Notes: generated by a model not told the origin, from the letters alone. A stretch of 64,000 bases of DNA from Planctomycetota bacterium (GCA_965223545.1 OZ245006.1:5856001-5920000); one strand, 5' to 3'. Positions 36,079 through 49,519 are shown, counted from the first letter of the stretch. Made by a program: numbers and translations.

Positions 36079-37797
36079 ATGCGAGCGGCGGCTCTGCTTG
36101 CGCTCGGGGTCTCCGTCCTGGTGGCGATGTTCCTGCTGTGGGATGGCGCCGACGGCGCGGCACCCACGCCGCGCGCCGTTGCGCCCGTTGCCGCGCCCGA
36201 GGCGCCGGCGGTGTCGCTGCGCGGCGCCGCCGCGGCGTCCGAACCGGCGGTGACCGAGCGGCGGACGGTGCGCGCGGCTCCTGCGCCGGCGCCGCCCGCC
36301 GAACCGGAGCCCGCAGCGTCTGCCCTGATCCGCGGCCGAGTCTTCGATCCCGACGGGCGGCCGGTCGGCGGGGCGCCGGTGGCGGCGATGGCCCTCGTCG
36401 ATGGCGGCCCTGGCCAGCACCCCGGGCACGCGTCGACCGAGACCGCCGCCGACGGCAGCTTTGCCGTCGCGGTGCCTGAAGGAACCGGCCCGCTGGCTCT
36501 GGTGGCGCGGCACGCCGGCACGCGACCGGCGACGCGCATCCTCGCGCGCAACGCGGGCGCGTTGGCGGGATTCCACGAGCTTGCCCTCGAAGCCGGCTTC
36601 GCGCTGGTGGGTCGCGTGGTCGACGGCGGTGCGCCCGTCGCGGGAGCGCACGTGTCGCTCGACCTCGCCTTCGGCACGCCGGGGGTCTTCGGCTTCGGCA
36701 GCGAGGCGTTTTGGCGGGATGGTCGCCTCGAGGAAAAGCACGCGGCGGTGCACACGGACGAGGATGGGCGCTTTCGCCTCGCTGGGCTGGGACCATACGA
36801 GCACGACCTTCACTTGGGGCTCCCGACGCAGAAGCGGCACAGCTTGCTCGATCTGCGCCGCCGGGTCTCGGTGCCGCAACAGGATTGGCGGATCGACGTC
36901 GCCGGTGCCGAGCTCGAGGTCGTGGTGCAGCGCCTCGGCGAGGTGCCCACCGACGCGGTCGTCGTCCTGGCGGCCGACGGGCGCCAGGTGGAGGTGCGCA
37001 CCGAGGGCAAGCCGGTGCGCTGTGCCGTGCCGCCTCTCGCCGAGGTGCGCGTCGAAGTGCGGCAGCCCACATCGAGCACCGCGGTCCGCAGCGTGGCGGC
37101 GGGGCGAGAGGGCGAGCGACAACAGGTCCTGGTCGTCCTGCAGCCAGTCGCACGGCCGAGCCTGCTGGTGCGCTTGCCCGGCGCGACGCGCGCTGGCGTC
37201 GAGGCGGTCGAGGTGCGGTTGTGGCCGAAGGGCGGCGGTGAGGAGGTCACGCTCCCAGCGCCGGCGGGTCCTGGCGCCGACCGGTTCGACGTCGAAGTCG
37301 TGCCGCTCGAACCCGGCGCTTACGAGGTCGCTGTCGGCCCCGCGGGCGAAGGCGCCGGCCACTACGTCTACCCGGTGGTCGGCGAGCTTCGACTGCCGCC
37401 GGCGGGCGTGGTCGAGTTTCGCGGCACGTTGCAGTGGGGCGGCCGGCTGGACGTCTCGATCTCGGCCGCGCGCCAGGAGCAGTGGAGTGCCAGCTGGGTG
37501 CTTCGCGCGCCATCCGGTGACGCGGTTCTGTCGCGCTCGGTGTTCAACGCCGCGATCAGTCCCGGCGGGGGCCGTGGGGTGTTCATGGTGTTCGGCATGG
37601 ACTTCTGGGCGGCCGGCAAGTCGTCCGGCGCGGATGCCGGTCGCCTGGCGGGCCGCGCCGGGATCGTTCCCGCGGGCTCGTACACGCTCGAGGTTTCCGG
37701 CGGGGGGTTCGAGACTTGGAGAGCGCCGGTCACGATCGAGCCGCAGAAGACGGCGCGGGTAGAAGTGCAGCTCGTGGAGGCGAAGAAGGGTGGCTGA
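36079..37797 (+). CDS. Membrane-anchored carboxypeptidase-regulatory-like (Cna-B type) repeat protein
   Basis: N-terminal TM helix, Pro/Ala linker, IRGRVFDPDGRPVGGAPV, TAADGSF, TDEDGRFRLAGL. Confidence 0.8.
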   Translation: MRAAALLALGVSVLVAMFLLWDGADGAAPTPRAVAPVAAPEAPAVSLRGAAAASEPAVTERRTVRAAPAPAPPAEPEPAASALIRGRVFDPDGRPVGGAPVAAMALVDGGPGQHPGHASTETAADGSFAVAVPEGTGPLALVARHAGTRPATRILARNAGALAGFHELALEAGFALVGRVVDGGAPVAGAHVSLDLAFGTPGVFGFGSEAFWRDGRLEEKHAAVHTDEDGRFRLAGLGPYEHDLHLGLPTQKRHSLLDLRRRVSVPQQDWRIDVAGAELEVVVQRLGEVPTDAVVVLAADGRQVEVRTEGKPVRCAVPPLAEVRVEVRQPTSSTAVRSVAAGREGERQQVLVVLQPVARPSLLVRLPGATRAGVEAVEVRLWPKGGGEEVTLPAPAGPGADRFDVEVVPLEPGAYEVAVGPAGEGAGHYVYPVVGELRLPPAGVVEFRGTLQWGGRLDVSISAARQEQWSASWVLRAPSGDAVLSRSVFNAAISPGGGRGVFMVFGMDFWAAGKSSGADAGRLAGRAGIVPAGSYTLEVSGGGFETWRAPVTIEPQKTARVEVQLVEAKKGG

Positions 37798-37825
37798 GGG
37801 CGCGTGCGGGATTCACGTTCCCGCC

Positions 37826-37845
37826 CGCTACACTCGCGTTGCGAC
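37826..37845 (+). promoter_or_regulatory. Putative -10 element for a leaderless or short-leader transcript
   Basis: TACACT at 37829-37834, 11 nt before the ATG, with no SD. The 14-mer CGCTACACTCGCGT recurs at 56823-56836. Confidence 0.5.
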
Positions 37846-39921
37846 ATGAACACCCCTCTCGCCGTGTTGCTCTCGGCGTGGGCGCTCGTTGCCCAAGAGA
37901 GCACGCCAGCTCCCGCAACTGCTGCGCACACCGCCGTGACTCGGGTGGCGTTCGGGTCGTGCCAGGACCAAAACCGTCCACAGTCGATGTTGGAGCGCGC
38001 GGCGCGGCTCGACCCGGCTCTGTTCTTGTTCTTGGGTGACAACGTGTATGCCGACACCGGGGACGAGCTCGAGATGCGCGCGGCGTACGCAGCCCTGATG
38101 AGCGGGAGCGGCATGGCAGCGCTTGCGGAGCGCGGCGTGCGCGTGTTGGCGACCTGGGATGATCACGATTACGGCGTCGATGACGGAGGTGCCGCGTTCG
38201 CGGCCCGCGAGCTGAGCCAGCGCGTGTTCTGCGACGCGTGGGGCGAATCGGAATCTGCACCGCGCCGGGCGCGCGCCGGCATCTACGAAGCGGTGATGCT
38301 CGGTGGCCCGGAGCGCCGCGTACAAGTGGTCCTGCTCGATACGCGGTTTCACCGGTCACCGTTGCGACGCGCATCCGAACTGGACTTGCGGCGACGCGCG
38401 GGGCGCGGTCCCTACGTGCCCGATCCCGATCCCGACGCGACGATGCTCGGCGAGCAGCAGTGGCGCTGGCTCGAGGAGCAATTGCGGCTGCCGGCGCGGC
38501 TGCGGCTCGTCTGCTCGAGCATCCAGTTCGTGGCCGGGGGCCATGGCTACGAGTGCTGGGACAACTTGCCGCGCGAAAAGGAGCGCATGCTCGCGCTCAT
38601 CGCGCGGACCCGTGCGAATGGTGTCGTCTTCCTGTCGGGGGACCGCCACCACGCGGAGATCAGCTGCCTTCCCGCGGCCACCGACGGGCGCGGGCCGGCC
38701 TACCCGATCTGGGATGTGACTTCGAGCTCGCTCACGACGCCGCGCGCCTGGGTCGACGAGCCGAATCTCTACCGCCGGACCAGCGTCTACTGGCAGCCGA
38801 ACTTCGGCGTCCTCGACATCGAATGGGATGGTCCGGAGCCGGCAGTGAGCCTGCAGATCCACGGCGAGGACGGACTCTTGTTCGCGGAGCGCGTGCCGCT
38901 GGCTGCGCTCGAGCCGTCGTTGAAGCCGAGACTCGATGGAGAGGAGCGCCTCGAGCGGCTGGCGTTCGTGAGCTGCGTCAAGCAGAGCAAGCCACAACCT
39001 CTGTGGCAGCCGTTGCTCGACCGCGATCCCCAACTGCTCGTCATGCTCGGCGACAACGTCTACGGCGACACCGAGGACATGGCCGAGCTGCAGGCCGCCT
39101 ACGACGAGCTGGCGGCCAATCCGCTCTTCGCCCGGGTCCGCGCGCGCGTGCCCATCGTCGCCACTTGGGACGACCACGACCTCGGCCGCGATGATGCGGG
39201 CATCGACTACCCCCTGGTCGAGGCGTCCAAGGCGAGGTTTCTCGATTTCTTCGGCGTGCCCGCCGACGACGTCCGCCGGCGGCGTCCGGGCGTCTATCGC
39301 AGCTTCTACTACGGGCCGCCTGCCGAGCGCGTGCAGGTGCTCGTGCTCGATACGCGTTCTTTCCGCACGCCGCTGAGCGCCCGCACGACCGAGCGTCCGG
39401 CGGGCCACGCCCACCCCGGCCGCTACGTCCCCTCGTTCGATCCGACCGCGACCATGCTCGGCGATGCGCAATGGCGCTGGCTCGAGCGCGAGCTGCGCGT
39501 GCCGGCCGCCGTGCGAGTGATCTGCTCGTCGATCCAGGTGCTCAGCGAAGGCCACGGCTGGGAGTGTTGGGCCAATCTCCCGCTGGAGCGCGCCCGCCTG
39601 TTCCGCGCCATCCGCGACGCGCGCGCCACCGGCGTGTTGATCGTCAGCGGTGACATGCACATCGGCGAGCACATGGCGGTCGCACCGCACGACACCGGCG
39701 TTCCCTACACGCTGCACGAGTTCACCTCGTCGGGACTCAACCAGGGCTGGGAGTTCACCAACTACCACAACGAGCACCGCGTCGGCACGCCGATGTTCGA
39801 CCCCAATTTCGGCTGGATCGAGATCGATTGGGAGGCACTGGACCCGAGGCTCACGATCCGGGTCGAGCGGGCGGACCGGCGGCAGATCCGTGGCGAGCTG
39901 CGGTTGAGCGAGCTGCGGTGA
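37846..39921 (+). CDS. phoD: Alkaline phosphatase D family protein with two tandem PhoD catalytic domains
   Basis: Two sets of motifs: AFGSC/AFVSC, LGDNVYAD/LGDNVYGD, TWDDHD twice, LDTR twice, SGDRH/SGDMH. Confidence 0.92.
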   Translation: MNTPLAVLLSAWALVAQESTPAPATAAHTAVTRVAFGSCQDQNRPQSMLERAARLDPALFLFLGDNVYADTGDELEMRAAYAALMSGSGMAALAERGVRVLATWDDHDYGVDDGGAAFAARELSQRVFCDAWGESESAPRRARAGIYEAVMLGGPERRVQVVLLDTRFHRSPLRRASELDLRRRAGRGPYVPDPDPDATMLGEQQWRWLEEQLRLPARLRLVCSSIQFVAGGHGYECWDNLPREKERMLALIARTRANGVVFLSGDRHHAEISCLPAATDGRGPAYPIWDVTSSSLTTPRAWVDEPNLYRRTSVYWQPNFGVLDIEWDGPEPAVSLQIHGEDGLLFAERVPLAALEPSLKPRLDGEERLERLAFVSCVKQSKPQPLWQPLLDRDPQLLVMLGDNVYGDTEDMAELQAAYDELAANPLFARVRARVPIVATWDDHDLGRDDAGIDYPLVEASKARFLDFFGVPADDVRRRRPGVYRSFYYGPPAERVQVLVLDTRSFRTPLSARTTERPAGHAHPGRYVPSFDPTATMLGDAQWRWLERELRVPAAVRVICSSIQVLSEGHGWECWANLPLERARLFRAIRDARATGVLIVSGDMHIGEHMAVAPHDTGVPYTLHEFTSSGLNQGWEFTNYHNEHRVGTPMFDPNFGWIEIDWEALDPRLTIRVERADRRQIRGELRLSELR

Positions 39922-39991
39922 GGCGCGTTGGTCCATCGCTGATCCTCAATCGCATTCCGCCGCGGCGTGCGGCTAATCTGGCTTTTGACGC

Positions 39992-40963
39992 ATGACCAAT
40001 CACCGGATCGCGATGCCGCCGTCTTCTCGTCGCCTCGGTCATCGGCGCGCAGTCTTGGCTGCGCCGAGATTCTGCACCGTTGTCTTGGGGTTGGTCTTGG
40101 CCGGCGCCGCGCAGGAGCCTGGAGTGCCGGGGGATCCGCGCGTGGCGGAGCTGGAGCGCGCCGCCGAGAACGCACGGGGTGACTCTGTCGCCGCCCTGGA
40201 AGCGACGGCGACCCTCGCCGTCGCGCTGGCTGACGAGGACGTCAGCGTGCGGCGGACGGCGGCGGCTTTGCTCGCCGACAACCCGCACTCCGACATCTAC
40301 CTACCGGCGCTGACGGCTGCACTCGAGCGCGCAATCGCGGATGTCCGGCGGGTCGTTGTCGCCAGGTTGTACGTCTACCGTAGGAAGGGTGGTCGCCTCT
40401 TCGACCTCTGTGGCGAACCGTATCAGGAGACCGGCGAGCTGATCTCTGCCGAGGAGCAGCCGCTCTTTCTGTTCGGCTTGCACTATGCCTCGACTCTGAT
40501 CGACGCACTCGCGCGCTGTCGAGACGACCGCGCGGTTGCTGCGCTGGTGGCTCTGTCCGCCGGGTTCGAGCCAGAAGACACGCCGGCAACGCTCTGGAAC
40601 GAGACTCTGGCGGGGTTGCTTCGCGCGGGTACCCGCTCCGCGTTGGCTGAGGCCGTCGCCGCTTACGGCCGGATCGAGAAGTTCGTTCTGTTGCCGGAGG
40701 AGCGGCGCCCTCTGGTTGCCACTACACAGCAGCTGACCCCACAAGGACTGGTGGCGCGGCGAGCGACGCCCCTCGTGACGGAAGATCGCTCTCGTCTTCA
40801 CGCAGCGCTCGTCGCCGCCTTCGAAAGGGCGGGGGCCAAACGAACGCCGAAGCTGCCGGCCAAGGGCAGGGCGCGCACGAGTCGAGCGTGGAAGTCGGCG
40901 CTGAAGCGCATTGCAAAGGATCTACCGGAGTCGGTCGAGTCCGGGGACGGGAAGCAGTCATGA
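39992..40963 (+). CDS. Exported helical (HEAT-like) hypothetical protein
   Basis: Hydrophobic leader; LADEDVSVRRTAAALL and RDDRAVAAL HEAT-like segments. Confidence 0.6.
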   Translation: MTNHRIAMPPSSRRLGHRRAVLAAPRFCTVVLGLVLAGAAQEPGVPGDPRVAELERAAENARGDSVAALEATATLAVALADEDVSVRRTAAALLADNPHSDIYLPALTAALERAIADVRRVVVARLYVYRRKGGRLFDLCGEPYQETGELISAEEQPLFLFGLHYASTLIDALARCRDDRAVAALVALSAGFEPEDTPATLWNETLAGLLRAGTRSALAEAVAAYGRIEKFVLLPEERRPLVATTQQLTPQGLVARRATPLVTEDRSRLHAALVAAFERAGAKRTPKLPAKGRARTSRAWKSALKRIAKDLPESVESGDGKQS

Positions 40964-42711
40964 CCGAGCCTTGTTGTTCCGCGATGGTCGCGATCGCAGC
41001 CAGCCTGTTGCTGGTCGCCGGCCTTCCCGCCCAAGACGAGTCGGCTCCTGTGTCGAAGCCGAACGTGATCGTGCTGATCACCGACGACCAGGGCTACGGC
41101 GATCTCGGCGCGCATGGCAACACCTCGATCTCCACGCCGCATCTCGATCGCTTGGCGGCGGAGTCGGTGCGCCTCGTCGACTTTCACGTCGATCCGACCT
41201 GTTCGCCGACGCGCAGTGCGCTCTTGACCGGCCGCTACTCGACGCGCACCGGCGTGTGGCACACCATCATGGGGCGCTCGCTGATGGATCCGCGGGAGGA
41301 AACGTTGGCCGAGGTGTTCCGCGCCGCCGGCTATCGGACCGGGATGTTCGGCAAGTGGCACTTGGGCGACAACGCGCCGTGTCGGCCGCAGGACCAGGGG
41401 TTCGAGCACGTCGTTTGGCACCACGGCGGCGGAGTTGGTCAGGGACCCGACTACTGGGGCAACGACTACTTCGACGACACCTACGAGAAGAACGGCGAGT
41501 GGCGCCGGTTCGAGGGCTACTGCACCGATGTTTGGTTTCGCGAGGCCGCGGCGTTCATCGACGCCGAGGACGAGCGGCCGTTCTTCGTCTATCTGTCGAC
41601 CAACGCGCCACACGGCCCGTTCTTGGTCGCCGAAGAGTACGAGCGACGCTACGTCGAGGCGGGCGTGCCGCCGACCATGGCCAAGTTCTACGGCATGATC
41701 ACCAACATCGACGACAACGTCGGCCGGCTGCGGGAGAGGCTGGAGGCCCGCGGGCTTGGTGACGACACGGTGTTGGTGTTCATGACCGACAACGGCACGG
41801 CCGCGGGGCGCTCGCCGCGCGAGGGCGAGACAGGACGGTGGAGTGGTTTCAACGCCGGAATGCGCGGGCAAAAGGGCTCGGAGTACGACGGCGGGCATCG
41901 GGTGCCGTGCTTCGTGCACTGGCCGGCGGGCGGTGTCGGCGGCGGTCGCGAGGTCGATGCGCTGGCCGCGCACATCGATCTCTTGCCGACCCTGGCGGAG
42001 CTGTGTGGCGTGCGCCGCCGCGGCGAGAATGCGCTGGACGGCGTCTCGCTCGCGGGAGCGTTGCGCGGACGCGCCGCGCCGCCGCGCGACCGCACCCTGT
42101 TCGTCCACTCGCAGCGCATCGAGCACCCGCGCAAGTGGCGGAAGTCGGCGGTGATGACGGAACGGTGGCGGTTGATCAACGGCGCCGAGCTGTACGACCT
42201 ACCGGCCGATCCGGGACAGGAACGCGATGTCGCCGCCGAGCACGAGGACGTGGTGCAGCGCCTGCGGGGGAGTTACGAGCATTGGTGGGCTTCGCTCGAG
42301 CCGGTGTTCGGCGAGTACGTGCGGATCCGGTTGGGTGCCGACGACCGAGTCCAGCGTCTCATGTCGCATGATTGGCACACCGACAACGGCGGCGTTCCGT
42401 GGCATCAGAACCACGTGCGCAACGGCTACGTCGGCAACGGGCCGTGGGCCGTCGAGATCGCCCGCGGTGGAGAGTACGACGTGACCCTCTACCGGTGGCC
42501 TCCGCACTTGGAGCGCGCGATGGAGTGCGTGCACGCCTCGGTCGTCATCGGCGATCGGAGCGTAGAGGCCGCGATCGCCCCGCAGGCCGCCGCCGCGGCG
42601 TTTCGCTTGCGGCTCGAACCCGGGCCCGTCCAGCTGCTGACCACCTTGCGCCGCGCAACGGGGGAGGAGCACGGCGCCTACTTCGCGACCGTACGCCGCG
42701 TCCCGCAGTGA
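40960..42711 (+). CDS. Arylsulfatase (formylglycine-dependent, S1)
   Basis: PNVIVLITDDQG, CSPTR (CxPxR), GKWHLG, TDNG; ATGA overlap. Confidence 0.95.
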   Translation: MTEPCCSAMVAIAASLLLVAGLPAQDESAPVSKPNVIVLITDDQGYGDLGAHGNTSISTPHLDRLAAESVRLVDFHVDPTCSPTRSALLTGRYSTRTGVWHTIMGRSLMDPREETLAEVFRAAGYRTGMFGKWHLGDNAPCRPQDQGFEHVVWHHGGGVGQGPDYWGNDYFDDTYEKNGEWRRFEGYCTDVWFREAAAFIDAEDERPFFVYLSTNAPHGPFLVAEEYERRYVEAGVPPTMAKFYGMITNIDDNVGRLRERLEARGLGDDTVLVFMTDNGTAAGRSPREGETGRWSGFNAGMRGQKGSEYDGGHRVPCFVHWPAGGVGGGREVDALAAHIDLLPTLAELCGVRRRGENALDGVSLAGALRGRAAPPRDRTLFVHSQRIEHPRKWRKSAVMTERWRLINGAELYDLPADPGQERDVAAEHEDVVQRLRGSYEHWWASLEPVFGEYVRIRLGADDRVQRLMSHDWHTDNGGVPWHQNHVRNGYVGNGPWAVEIARGGEYDVTLYRWPPHLERAMECVHASVVIGDRSVEAAIAPQAAAAAFRLRLEPGPVQLLTTLRRATGEEHGAYFATVRRVPQ

Positions 42712-42723
42712 TCGTGGTGCGCT

Positions 42724-44219
42724 TCAGCGCCCTGTCGGCTGATCCCACAGCCGGTAGGGGTCGTGTAGACGCTCCATCTCGGCGAGCAGCAGGGCCTCGA
42801 GCTCGGCGCGGATGTCCGTGTGCGCGGGATCGGCGGCGAGGTTGGTGTGTTGCTCCGACGGACGGTGGCCGGTCAGCCGGATGATGCTCTCGTCGGCGTG
42901 CTGCGCCAGGAGTTCGGCGGGGTTGTCGGCCAGGTTGAAGAGCTGAGTCTCGCGCACTTCACCCTCCATCACGTCGTACTTGATCAGCTTCCAATCCCCC
43001 TTGCGCACTGCCCGCATGCCCGGCTTGGTCCCGCCGCAGTATGCGCCGAACAAGACCTCGCGCACCGTCTCGCGTCGACCGCGCAGCACGGAGGCGAAGC
43101 TCAGGCCCTCCGAGGTTGCTGGCGTCTCGATCTCGGCCAAGTCACAGAGCGTGGCCAGCACGTCGAGCAGGTAGACGTTGCCCTGGGCGCGCTGACCGGC
43201 GGGGATGCCGGGGCCGCGCACCAGCATCGGCACGCGCCAAGTGTGCTCGTACAGGTTCTGCTTGCCTTGCAGGCCGTGTCTGCCGATCGCCATGCCGTGG
43301 TCGGCGGTGTAGAAGACGAACGTGTTGTCGAGCTCGCCCATCGCCTCGAGCTTGTCGAGGACGCGGCCGATCTGCGTGTCGATGTTCTCGCCGCAGGCGA
43401 ACTGGCGACCGATCTCGTTGCGGATCGTCGGTTCGTCGCGGCGCCGCTTGACGCCTTGCACGTTGACCTCGTCGCGCAGTCCCGGGTGACCGTGGTGGAA
43501 CGGATGCGCGGCGAGATAGTTGATCGGCAGCGGAGGTGAGCTCGGATGCGCTCGCTCGGGAACGGTGTCGTTGTCGGCACCGTATTTGGCCACGAGATCG
43601 GCAGGGCCGTGCCGGGGATCGTGCGGGTGCGAGAAGCCGAGGTAGATGAGGAATGGGTCGCGGTCGCCGCCCGTCTCCCGGTCGCTCAGGTAGTCGAGGA
43701 CACGATCGGCATGCCATGCGCTGCCGGTCTCGGCGGTGCCGCCGCGCTTGGTTGCATCGTGGTGCACGTCGAACTGCAGGTTGGCGGCACGGTAGCTGTT
43801 GCCGCGCTTGCAGGTCCGCATGGTGTCGTACCCGGCTCGCTTGAAAACCGCCGCCAAGGTGTGCTCGGCGAGGTCGTCGGGACAATGCGGATTGATGTCG
43901 TCCTTGCCCATCCCGCGCTTGGGTAGATGCCACAGCGTTCGCCCGCTCATCACCATGTGCCGCGACGGCGTACACACCGCGCCGCTGTACGACCCCATGT
44001 GATAGGCGCCGTCGAGCACGACTCCCTCGGCGGCGATGCGATCGAGGTCTCGAGCGCGGACGCTGGATCGTAGACTCGGAGGTCGAACGGCGACTGGTCG
44101 TCCGCGATGATGAACAGGAAGTTGGGGCGCGCATTGTCGAGCTGCTGCCCCGAGACCGTCGCTGGCGCAAGGGAGACCAGCGCGCAGGTGGTCACCAATA
44201 GGGTGCGGGAGAGCCACAT
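42724..44219 (-). pseudogene. Sulfatase (choline-sulfatase-like), frameshifted at about 44048
   Basis: Signal peptide and PNFLFIIADDQ are in one frame; LDRIAAEG...CTPSR...ADHG...GKQNLYE is in another. Confidence 0.85.
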
Positions 44220-44380
44220 GCTGCTCAGTTTCCCCAAAGAGGGGCGCACGTAAACTCGTAGTGCCCGATCCGCACGCCGGAGAGATCCTCGATCTGGCGC
44301 AGCGCGCGATCGCGCTGGCGGCGCGGGTGGACCGCTGCCGAGCGACCCTCTTATGCTGGTGGCAACCGAGGAGACCAACC

Positions 44381-45970
44381 ATGCGACCAGAACTGCTGTG
44401 CCTGCTGAGTCTGCTATGCGCCGCCCCGGACGCGCTGACCCAACCGGGCGCCCCGGTACCGCTGTCGTCGGGGCCGGATGACCGCGCGCCCGCCATCGCG
44501 TACGCCGAGAACCAGGACGTCTACCTGGCCGTGTGGGAGCGGGTCACCGGTTTGGCCGTCGAGATCGTCGGTCAGCGCTACCAGGCGGGCGGCGCGCTCG
44601 TCGGGGCACCCGTGGTCATCGCCGGCAGCGGTGGTGCACCGACGGTCGGTTACGTGAGAGCGCGCGACCGCTTCGTCGTGGCTTGGAAGGCGAGCTTCTC
44701 GGAGATCCGGGCCGCGACCGTCGACCCGGGAACTGGCGCGGTCTCCGTCTCGGTCCCGGTCGCCGAACGACCCAACTTCAATTACGTCGGGCCCGAGTTC
44801 CCCGCGTTGGCCAGCAACGTGGTGGCGACCGATCCCGCGGCCTTGTTGGTCTGGGGTGACACCCACGGTGCTGCGATCGTCGGTCTGTCGGATGTGTTCG
44901 CGCGCCGGCTCACGGTCACCGCCGCCGGCGCCATCGTTGCGGGCCCGCAGGTCACGGTCGCGCGGGGTAACTGGATCGGCGCGCCGAGTGTTTCCCGCGA
45001 CGGTGGCCAGGATGGTCGCTACCTGATCGCCTACTCCGAGCGGTTCAACTCCTCGCTCGGCGGGGTGCGGGCCAACGTGCGGGCGGTGCACGCCGACTTG
45101 TCGATGAGCTCCGTTCTGCAGCTCGACGTGGGCAGCCGAATGCCGGCGGTCGATGGCGATGGCCGGAGCTGGGTGCTCGCGTACGAGCAAGCGATCGGCA
45201 ACGATCTCGACATCTACGCGAATCGGTTGGTCTACGACGCCGCCAACAATGCGCTGCGCACCGTGGTGGTGGCGCCCGTGGCGAACGATCCGGGGGACTT
45301 GGAGACGCGGCCCCAAGTGGCGTGGCTGCAAGACTCCTGTCTGGTCGCGTTCGATGACGGGCCCAGTGGTCCCGACGACGGGTTGTTCGTCCGGTCCATC
45401 GACCAGACCGACTGTCGCTTGTGCCAGGGCACGTTCCGGCTGGCGCCGTCCGCGGCAAGCACCGGCTCCGGCTTCTATGTCGTCTCGCTCGCGCCGCGCC
45501 GCCGCGGTGGCCTCAGCGGCGACGATGTGTCGATCGCCTGGGCGGGTCTCGACGCGCAACAGGCCAGGCTCGTCCAGGCGGTCGCCTTCCGCGCGGTGGA
45601 TGGAGTGGCCACCAACCTCGGTGGCGGTTGCGGTGTCCTCGGCGGGGTCGCCCGCGCGACCTGTGCGCGCGTCGGCAATATCGGCTTCCAGCATCGGCTG
45701 CGCGACGCGCAGCCGGGGGGCGCTGCCGTGCTCGTGCTCGGCACGGTCACGGGCGGGTTCGGCTGTGGACCGTGCTCTCTCGTGCCAGTGCCGGTCGCCA
45801 GCGTGGTGACGCAGATCGATGCGTTCGGCCATGCCGCGGTGCCGATGCCCGTGCCGAGGACCCCGAGCCTGGTCGGCACGACCCTGTTCGAGCAATGGCT
45901 GACCGTGGGGGCGGGATGCGCCGCGTTCGGCGTGGACTTGTCCGACGCGCTGTCGGTGCGGCTGCAGTGA
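44381..45970 (+). CDS. Secreted beta-propeller-like protein with a conserved C-terminal domain
   Basis: TATGCT and GAGGAG upstream; signal peptide; repeats of P-x-(I/V)-A...(Y/F)-(L/V)-x-x-(W/Y). Confidence 0.8.
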   Translation: MRPELLCLLSLLCAAPDALTQPGAPVPLSSGPDDRAPAIAYAENQDVYLAVWERVTGLAVEIVGQRYQAGGALVGAPVVIAGSGGAPTVGYVRARDRFVVAWKASFSEIRAATVDPGTGAVSVSVPVAERPNFNYVGPEFPALASNVVATDPAALLVWGDTHGAAIVGLSDVFARRLTVTAAGAIVAGPQVTVARGNWIGAPSVSRDGGQDGRYLIAYSERFNSSLGGVRANVRAVHADLSMSSVLQLDVGSRMPAVDGDGRSWVLAYEQAIGNDLDIYANRLVYDAANNALRTVVVAPVANDPGDLETRPQVAWLQDSCLVAFDDGPSGPDDGLFVRSIDQTDCRLCQGTFRLAPSAASTGSGFYVVSLAPRRRGGLSGDDVSIAWAGLDAQQARLVQAVAFRAVDGVATNLGGGCGVLGGVARATCARVGNIGFQHRLRDAQPGGAAVLVLGTVTGGFGCGPCSLVPVPVASVVTQIDAFGHAAVPMPVPRTPSLVGTTLFEQWLTVGAGCAAFGVDLSDALSVRLQ

Positions 45971-46018
45971 CGTGAGCGGCGGCGGGGCAGGGCCACACTT
46001 GCCTCGCTCCGTCGGTCG

Positions 46019-48746
<2,728 letters not shown>

Positions 48747-48757
<11 letters not shown>

Positions 48758-49316
48758 CGCCGTCTCTCCGCAGCGCGCGCGCCAGCCAGGCCTTGGCGAG
48801 CACCCAATCCCGGGCGATCGTCCGCGGCGAGATGCCGAGCGCCTCGGCGATCTCGTTGGTGTGCATCCCGCCGAAGAAGCGCATCTCGACCATCCGCGCC
48901 TGCTGCGGGTTGACTCTGCTCAGGCGCTCGACAGCCTCGTCGACCGCCAGGATGTGGTCGGCAGGGCCGTCGGCCGCGAGCTCGGCGACGTCCACGCGCA
49001 TGCGATCGTCGAGCTTGCCGGCCTTGCGCTGCTTCGACCGCGCGTGCTCGACCAGAATGCGTCGGACGGAGTTGGCCGCCGCGCCGAAGAAATGCGCGCG
49101 GTTGTGCCAGGAGTCGTGATTGCCGGCGAGCCGCATGTAGGCCTCGTGCACCAGCGCCGTCGCCTGCAGGGTGTGTCCGGGCGCCTCGTTGCCCAGGTAC
49201 TTGGCCGCCAGAGCGTGCAACCTCTCGTAGATGAGTGGCATCAGCTCGCCGGTTGCGGCTGAGTCCCCGTCTCGCGAACGCTCGAGGAGTCGCGTGACGT
49301 GAGTTGTCCGCGTCAT
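48747..49316 (-). CDS. ECF sigma factor, kinase-associated (ECF43/TIGR02999-like)
   Basis: VTRLL...LMPLIYERL...HTLQATALVHEAYMRL...VEMRFFGG...RDWVLAKAWL. Confidence 0.93.
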
Positions 49317-49519
49317 GGGGTGTGGTGCGCCGGGGAAGGCGTGGCCGTCATCCGGTCGGCAGTGCCCGGTTTCGAGACGCATCCGAGTGCGGCTGTCCAT
49401 CGCGTGCCCTCCGCGCAAAAAGCTGGCAAGTCGGCGTCGTGTTCCATCGCACTACTGAGTGGGCATGCGAATGGCATGCCTGAAGCACACCCCACCCCAC
49501 CGATTCTTTGGAATTCGTC

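Noticed and set aside
49317..49519. Specific ECF promoter assignment (e.g. GTGCCCGGTTTCGAGACGCATC, or GTCCG...CGCAGAA at about 31286-31313)
   Set aside because: Plausible-looking, but spacing differs between the sites and no consensus can be established from this window alone.
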